DNA of 64,000 bases. Origin: Porphyridium purpureum. Its lineage: Eukaryota. The DNA is taken from NCBI GenBank assembly GCA_008690995.1, contig VRMN01000002.1, positions 1,364,001-1,428,000 on the forward strand, written 5' to 3'. The notes under the pieces were generated by a model that saw only the letters and a list, made by a program, of their open reading frames with translations, was not told the origin of the DNA and searched no databases. Position 1 is the stretch's first letter, and each line of letters starts with the position of its first letter. Below, one piece after another: positions 58,889-64,000 of this stretch. The position numbers were made by a program, and so were the translations under genes.

Positions 58889-60406
58889 ATGAGCGCAAGC
58901 TCGAGCTCTTTGCTCTACTCATTTGTTGCGCCCGGCATGGCTCACATCAAGTGGTGCGGCAGCCGTATCTTGCGACCCTCCAGCAGATTGTGCCGTAGAT
59001 GTGGACCGTCGGATTCGTATTCTCACCTGTCCATGAGCTCGCGGACATGTATGTCGTCATCATCGTCAACCTCATCCTCCGCGCGCCCGAAAAAGCATCC
59101 CAATATCGCTGTGGTGGGAGGAGGGTTTGGTGGTCTGTTCACCGCTTTGAGCCTGAGCCAAATGCCATGGTCTCGATTGCAAAAGCCTCAGATTACGTTG
59201 ATTGATCGGAACCAGCAGTTTGTGTTTCTACCCCTGCTGTACGACCTGATTGCCGGAGAAATGGATGAGTGGCAGGTTGCGCCAAAGTTCAACGACTTGC
59301 TGCGAGGCACTGGGATCCGGCATTACCACTCGGAATTTCTCGGGTTCGACGCCGATAAGAAGACGCTGAGCGTCGAGCAAGCAGCCACGCGTGTCATCGA
59401 CACTATGCCGTATGATTGCTTGGTGTTTGCTCTCGGCTCAAACTCTACTCTAAGTATGGTGCCAGGCGCCCAGGAAAATGCGCTGCCGATCATGTCGCTT
59501 CGGGACGCTCTTCGCATAAAAGAACGTGCCCAGATGCTTCTCGCCGACACGGCAGAGGCTCCTGCGCCTGTTTACGTCGTCGGCGGAAATCATTCGGGCG
59601 TGGAGATTGCTTGTACACTTGCAGACATGCTTCATCCTCGCCGCATACCCGTCAAGATCGTGTTTCCGTCAGAAGAGCTACTGAGCACAGCGCGTGAGCC
59701 GAACCGAACGGCGGCGCAGCAGCGTTTGCGAGAATTGGGCGTGCAAGTTTTGTCTTGCACAAAGGTGACAGAAGTTATGTCGGACGGCGTTGAGCTGCAA
59801 GGCATGCGAGGGACGGAGACGATGCCCGCGAGCATTGTCATTTGGTCTGCTGGTGCTATGCCAGCATCGCAACCCATTCGCGACAGCTCCAGCGGAAACT
59901 TTGATGTTGAGTACAATGGCCGTGGCCAGCTGCGCGTGCCAAGAACTGCGCGGCTGACAGAGGGCGTCTTTGCTTTGGGTGACGTCGCAGAGATGACTGA
60001 TAAATTCTCTCGTAAGCCGCTCAAGGCCACCGCTCAAGTCGCGATGCAACAGGCCGAGTGCGTGGCGGGCAATGTCTTCAAAGAGCTCAGCAGCGCCCCG
60101 CGCAATCGTATGCCGAAATCCAACAGACTGCGAGAGTTCGAATACATGGATTTGGGGGAAATGCTGTACCTTGGGCGGCGGAACGCGACGCTCGCGTCCA
60201 TAGCAGGAGTCAGCGTGCAAGGACCTGCAGCTCACGCCGCGCGACGCGCTGCGTACTTGGCGCGAATGCCGACGAACGTTCAAAGGGCACTTGTTGGCGC
60301 AGCGATGATTTCAGATCCGGTGTTTGACGCGCTTGATGCCGTGCAGGCCGGTGCGGATGTTGCGAAATCTGCCTCAAGCCGCGTCCGGCCGTCTTGGGAT
60401 TTTTAG
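58889..60406 (+). CDS. NDC1: Type II NAD(P)H dehydrogenase C1 (NDC1/NdbB, demethylphylloquinone reductase), plastid-targeted
   Basis: 'VVGGGFGGL.TAL.L...PW....KPQI.LID....FVFLPLLY.L..GE...W.VAP.F', 'YD.LV.ALG', 'GVE.ACTLAD', 'VFALGD.A', 'ATAQVA.QQA', 'F.Y..LGEM..LG', 'RRAAYL.RMP'. Start is 58889 or 58829. Confidence 0.9.
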   Translation: MSASSSSLLYSFVAPGMAHIKWCGSRILRPSSRLCRRCGPSDSYSHLSMSSRTCMSSSSSTSSSARPKKHPNIAVVGGGFGGLFTALSLSQMPWSRLQKPQITLIDRNQQFVFLPLLYDLIAGEMDEWQVAPKFNDLLRGTGIRHYHSEFLGFDADKKTLSVEQAATRVIDTMPYDCLVFALGSNSTLSMVPGAQENALPIMSLRDALRIKERAQMLLADTAEAPAPVYVVGGNHSGVEIACTLADMLHPRRIPVKIVFPSEELLSTAREPNRTAAQQRLRELGVQVLSCTKVTEVMSDGVELQGMRGTETMPASIVIWSAGAMPASQPIRDSSSGNFDVEYNGRGQLRVPRTARLTEGVFALGDVAEMTDKFSRKPLKATAQVAMQQAECVAGNVFKELSSAPRNRMPKSNRLREFEYMDLGEMLYLGRRNATLASIAGVSVQGPAAHAARRAAYLARMPTNVQRALVGAAMISDPVFDALDAVQAGADVAKSASSRVRPSWDF

Positions 60407-60533
60407 TCAAAGGCTTGCACTTGCAAATGCCCTCTCGTACCACGAGACGCTTGCTCTGTGAATGTGAACACGGGACGAGGCGCAAGTTGGACGTGCGACG
60501 GTGTTACGTTACCTGGTGGACCGGATCACCCTT

Positions 60534-63500
60534 TTATTGCAGCCGATTCGAGAGCACTTCGCATATTGTCACGTACTGAGCATCGAGCGCGTCAGATATC
60601 TCTCCAGCACGCTCGCTGTTCAATTGGAATTGAATTGTGACTCGTACATCCGAAACCTCTGCTTGTTCGTTTTGACGGACCGCCAGGGTGATTTCGGCAG
60701 GTTTAAATTTTTGGAGTAGCCCACCTAAACCTTTAGCACCACTGCTTGCCAGCCGTCCAATCTGCGATGCCGAAAGCGACGCGTTCCCTTCCGTCGAGCC
60801 GGAGCCACCACCGCCACCATTGCCAGACGATGACGCCGCGGTGGCAGCCGATGCTGGTGACGCACTTATGATGTGACTGAGAACAAAGACCTGCTCGTGC
60901 TGTGGTTTCATCGACGGACGCATGGACATGCTCCACCCCGCGGTTTCGGAGCATACCCGGCCAGCTTCGCTCGTTGTGCTCCAGAAGTCACGTCCAGATA
61001 CTATAACACGCTCCAACTTCATGGTTGACGCGGCACTGTTCCCGGTAACCGGAATGGACGATGATTGTGTTGCCTTTTCTGATGCAGTCATTGTCCGCGA
61101 TGACGGCGGCGACATAGATGTGCTTAGTTTTGCCTTGAGTGACGCAGATGGAGACGAGGATGACCCGGGGGCGCTTTTTCCGATCTTTCCGGACATACGT
61201 GTTGAAGGCGGCGTGGAACTTTTCCTCAAGTTCCACCCAGAGCGTCCTTCAACCGTTCCAGCGCCGCCGTCCTGCGTCCTGCGTGATTGCGAAAGCTGGT
61301 CGTGGTCGTCCATGCTGTGAAAAGTCGCAGTGTCCTCGGTAGTCTCGCGTTCAACCATGTAAGGATCAGAGCTGCTCATTGAACGTTGCTGCACCTCGGC
61401 CCTTGATGGCGCGATCCCATTCGCTGGCTTTTCCTCGTCCGAATCATTCACAACGTGATCCAGTTCTTCTTGTCCTTCGCCAAGGCCTCCACGGTACCTT
61501 CCCTTTTGGCGCGCTTCCTCGGCCCGAACTGTGGCCTGTCGTGCAAGCTGTTTGGCCTTTTCCTGTCTGCGCTTCGTCGGAGACTTCACTAAATTTGAGA
61601 GACCTAACACAAGTGATCCAACGCGCGACAAACTTTCACTTTGTGGCTCCATCGAGGGCTCCTCAACTGGGGTATGAGTTTGCTGCTGCTCGAACTCCCT
61701 CTCGCTGGTACTGCTATTCTTCTTTGTAAAGCTGAGCGACCGCATGGTTGCGAGAAAGGGGCTGAGCTTTTCTGACTCAGAGCTCTTGCGCTTCGACGAG
61801 GCCGAATTCCCGCGGCTACCCATACCTCCAGGTACGTTGCTGCCTTCACTAAAACGCTGCGACTTCGTGGGTGAGCGAAAAATCGAATTTGATAGTCCCA
61901 GACCCCCCGACGCGCGGCGCCGACCCAGGGGATCGGTATCAGGGTCGGCATTTCGTAGCAGCTCCTCAGCAAATAAATCATTCCTCGAATCCAATCCACT
62001 GCCGTCATCGCCTTGCCGTGACCCTTTCCAAAACGGAGCACGCTCGGACTTTTCAGGAGCGGGAAATTGCGACGGATGATCGCCGGCGGTAGGACTCTTC
62101 TGCTCTTCTATTGGCGCGTCGTGGGGCATAACTTGTGTCGATGATGAAGATGATGCCTTGGCTATTTTTGATCGTTGAGAAGGAAAAGAGGTCATGAACC
62201 CAGGTACCCTGGGCTCCGGAAGACAGTCAGCAATCATGCCGTGTTCACGGTGTCCCTGATGCGCCTGCTGCTGTTCTGACGACGTGTCAAAAGCCTCATG
62301 TGTGTCTGGAAAAGCGTGCGGCTGAGCATCACTGCCACCGCTGAGTCGCAGCTTTTCCTTTTGAAATCCCTTTGCGATGCCTTCAGAAGATTCATCCCTT
62401 GACGAAGGCAGAACCCGATTCAAGGACGACTTCTTTCCGTGACTTTTTCTTCCATGCGCCGTGGCATCTTCCCCGAGCACTGCTGCCGCCGCGGCATGCA
62501 CGCCATCGCTGGAAGCCAGTCTTGCATCTATTGACCCGGCAGACTTTTGCGATTGCTTGCGTGACAGTGAGGAGAAGGTACGCATCGTCGCGCTTCGTGT
62601 GTCGCTGCCAATAGCTGCGTCGTCCAGACTCTGCTGCGAAGAGTGTCCCTTCTTTCTTGAGGGCACTCCATGAATGGCTCGGTGACTGGTGGAGCCCGAC
62701 AAGTTATCGTCAGGACTGAGCACAATCTCCTCTCGACTGCTTCCAAAGGAGCGAACTCTATCAGAAAGCGTATGGAGTCGCTGACTACCTCGCCGAAGAG
62801 CGGCCATGCTAGTGTCATCGTGATGGTGTTCTTCGACGGCATTAGCAGCCCCTCGCATGGCAACCTTTTGGATGGCGATTGGAGCGCTCTCACGATCCCA
62901 GTCGAGTGCCATTCGCGTAGTTAAGCGTGTCGGGACCTGCTCCATTCTGTCCATTTCAATAGCCGATCTCGGCTCGCGTATTTCTGCAGGATTTATCCCG
63001 CCGCGGTAAATTTCAACGCCGGAGCGCTGACGGCTGAGCTCAACTTCGAACTCATCCCGATCAAGCTCTGTCGCGGAACGGGAGGCGTACGCAGCGAGCT
63101 CGTGCGCAGGATCATCCAATACGAATGCATTCATTTCCCCACCGGCGTGTCCAGCAGAGCCGCGGTATGGCTCACGCGGGCGGTCCATTGCCGCACGGGA
63201 CGGAAATTTAATCAGTGACGATTCCATATCGTCATTCTCGCCGTACGCCACGTCAATTTTGAATTTCTGGTCCGCAGACTCGACGTCTGTCCCTGATGAA
63301 TCCGCTGCTTGTTCGCTTGCCTTTTGCTCGGCATCACGCGAACTTGCCGGCGCCAAAACCAGCCCCATCCCATTCGCCTCCATTTGTTCGGCGGTCATGT
63401 TTCTTCCCTCATAATCACATGAGACTGCTGTTACTATACCCACGTTCGCATGTGGCGCGGTGCCTGCTTTGGTCTGTTTTGACTGGCTCAACGAATGGAC

Positions 63501-63815
63501 GCTCGGAATTTCCGCAAACACGCTGGATGAATTTGGGGGCGACAAGGACCGCAGTGACCGCGGTTCCGACGGCACAGGCCGCGGCGCGGACAACGCCACG
63601 GGAAACGCCGCATCCGCACTCGACATTCTTTTGCCGGGCGCGCTCGATGGCTCGTACTTCTCCCCCGTCGCGGCGGGCGTTATGCTCGCGTCCCTTGGCT
63701 GCGCGCTCCTGCTTGGCTGTCGCGACGTGCGCTTCAAGCTCGGGAACGCCCACTTTCCCTTCTGCGCCACGGGCACTGCGCCGCCTCCGCCGCTATCTCG
63801 CTGCGCGGCGTCCAT
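60534..63815 (-). CDS. Large Ser-rich, mostly disordered hypothetical protein with a small folded C-terminal domain
   Basis: 1093-aa ORF with ATG and low-complexity S/R/E/A composition. The last ~160 aa alternate beta and alpha segments (possibly KA1-like, unverified). Confidence 0.7.
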   Translation of the reverse strand: MDAAQRDSGGGGAVPVAQKGKWAFPSLKRTSRQPSRSAQPRDASITPAATGEKYEPSSAPGKRMSSADAAFPVALSAPRPVPSEPRSLRSLSPPNSSSVFAEIPSVHSLSQSKQTKAGTAPHANVGIVTAVSCDYEGRNMTAEQMEANGMGLVLAPASSRDAEQKASEQAADSSGTDVESADQKFKIDVAYGENDDMESSLIKFPSRAAMDRPREPYRGSAGHAGGEMNAFVLDDPAHELAAYASRSATELDRDEFEVELSRQRSGVEIYRGGINPAEIREPRSAIEMDRMEQVPTRLTTRMALDWDRESAPIAIQKVAMRGAANAVEEHHHDDTSMAALRRGSQRLHTLSDRVRSFGSSREEIVLSPDDNLSGSTSHRAIHGVPSRKKGHSSQQSLDDAAIGSDTRSATMRTFSSLSRKQSQKSAGSIDARLASSDGVHAAAAAVLGEDATAHGRKSHGKKSSLNRVLPSSRDESSEGIAKGFQKEKLRLSGGSDAQPHAFPDTHEAFDTSSEQQQAHQGHREHGMIADCLPEPRVPGFMTSFPSQRSKIAKASSSSSTQVMPHDAPIEEQKSPTAGDHPSQFPAPEKSERAPFWKGSRQGDDGSGLDSRNDLFAEELLRNADPDTDPLGRRRASGGLGLSNSIFRSPTKSQRFSEGSNVPGGMGSRGNSASSKRKSSESEKLSPFLATMRSLSFTKKNSSTSEREFEQQQTHTPVEEPSMEPQSESLSRVGSLVLGLSNLVKSPTKRRQEKAKQLARQATVRAEEARQKGRYRGGLGEGQEELDHVVNDSDEEKPANGIAPSRAEVQQRSMSSSDPYMVERETTEDTATFHSMDDHDQLSQSRRTQDGGAGTVEGRSGWNLRKSSTPPSTRMSGKIGKSAPGSSSSPSASLKAKLSTSMSPPSSRTMTASEKATQSSSIPVTGNSAASTMKLERVIVSGRDFWSTTSEAGRVCSETAGWSMSMRPSMKPQHEQVFVLSHIISASPASAATAASSSGNGGGGGSGSTEGNASLSASQIGRLASSGAKGLGGLLQKFKPAEITLAVRQNEQAEVSDVRVTIQFQLNSERAGEISDALDAQYVTICEVLSNRLQ

Positions 63816-64000
63816 CCCAGACCTTCTGTCAGTCCCTCTCCCTTTCCCTCACACACCGACCCACAGCGTGAATCCAAAGTCCACCAGCCGACACACGCCC
63901 GCACCAACTCGCACGCGCTCGCGCTTTTTTTTCTCGCCTCTGCCAGACTGCGCACGCGCGTGTTCTGTAACGGCAGGCCGCATGACTAAAAACGGGCCGT

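Noticed and set aside
1..64000. Bacterial contamination or prophage/transposon explanation for the bacterial-type genes
   Set aside because: These genes are interspersed with core eukaryotic genes, carry targeting presequences, and one has a spliceosomal intron. No transposase, integrase or RT ORFs were seen.

Overview
Gene-dense, GC-rich, nearly intron-free eukaryotic nuclear DNA with about 36 protein-coding loci packed at intergenic distances of roughly 30-1000 bp. Spliceosome, trafficking and ubiquitin genes (SLU7, TRAPPC4, USO1, UFD2, RABGGTB) sit beside nucleus-encoded organellar enzymes with 'MA(A)F'-type plastid transit peptides. This suggests a unicellular red alga such as Porphyridium (inference, not confirmed). 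I found no supportable rRNA, tRNA, CRISPR array or mobile element. Strongest leads: (1) an in-frame IspF-HisE fusion joining the MEP isoprenoid and histidine pathways; (2) a spliced, apparently mitochondrion-targeted HydF ([FeFe]-hydrogenase maturase) GTPase with an intact CxH-x52-HCGGC motif, in the same window as an organelle-targeted acetate kinase; (3) several intact ORFs missing canonical catalytic residues (Cys-less TatD-associated radical SAM-like, DHAR/CLIC-like C->D fusion, SerB-like, GPD2-like); (4) a membrane-anchor-less RHD3/Sey1-like GTPase with a beta-rich tail; (5) a C2H2 zinc-finger frame broken by two in-frame TGA codons; (6) bacterial- or fungal-type genes (sfsA, AUR1, UsgS-like, RIB7) and recurring intergenic motifs (GCCGATAA, telo-box). 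All family calls come from motif recognition by eye, with no database search.
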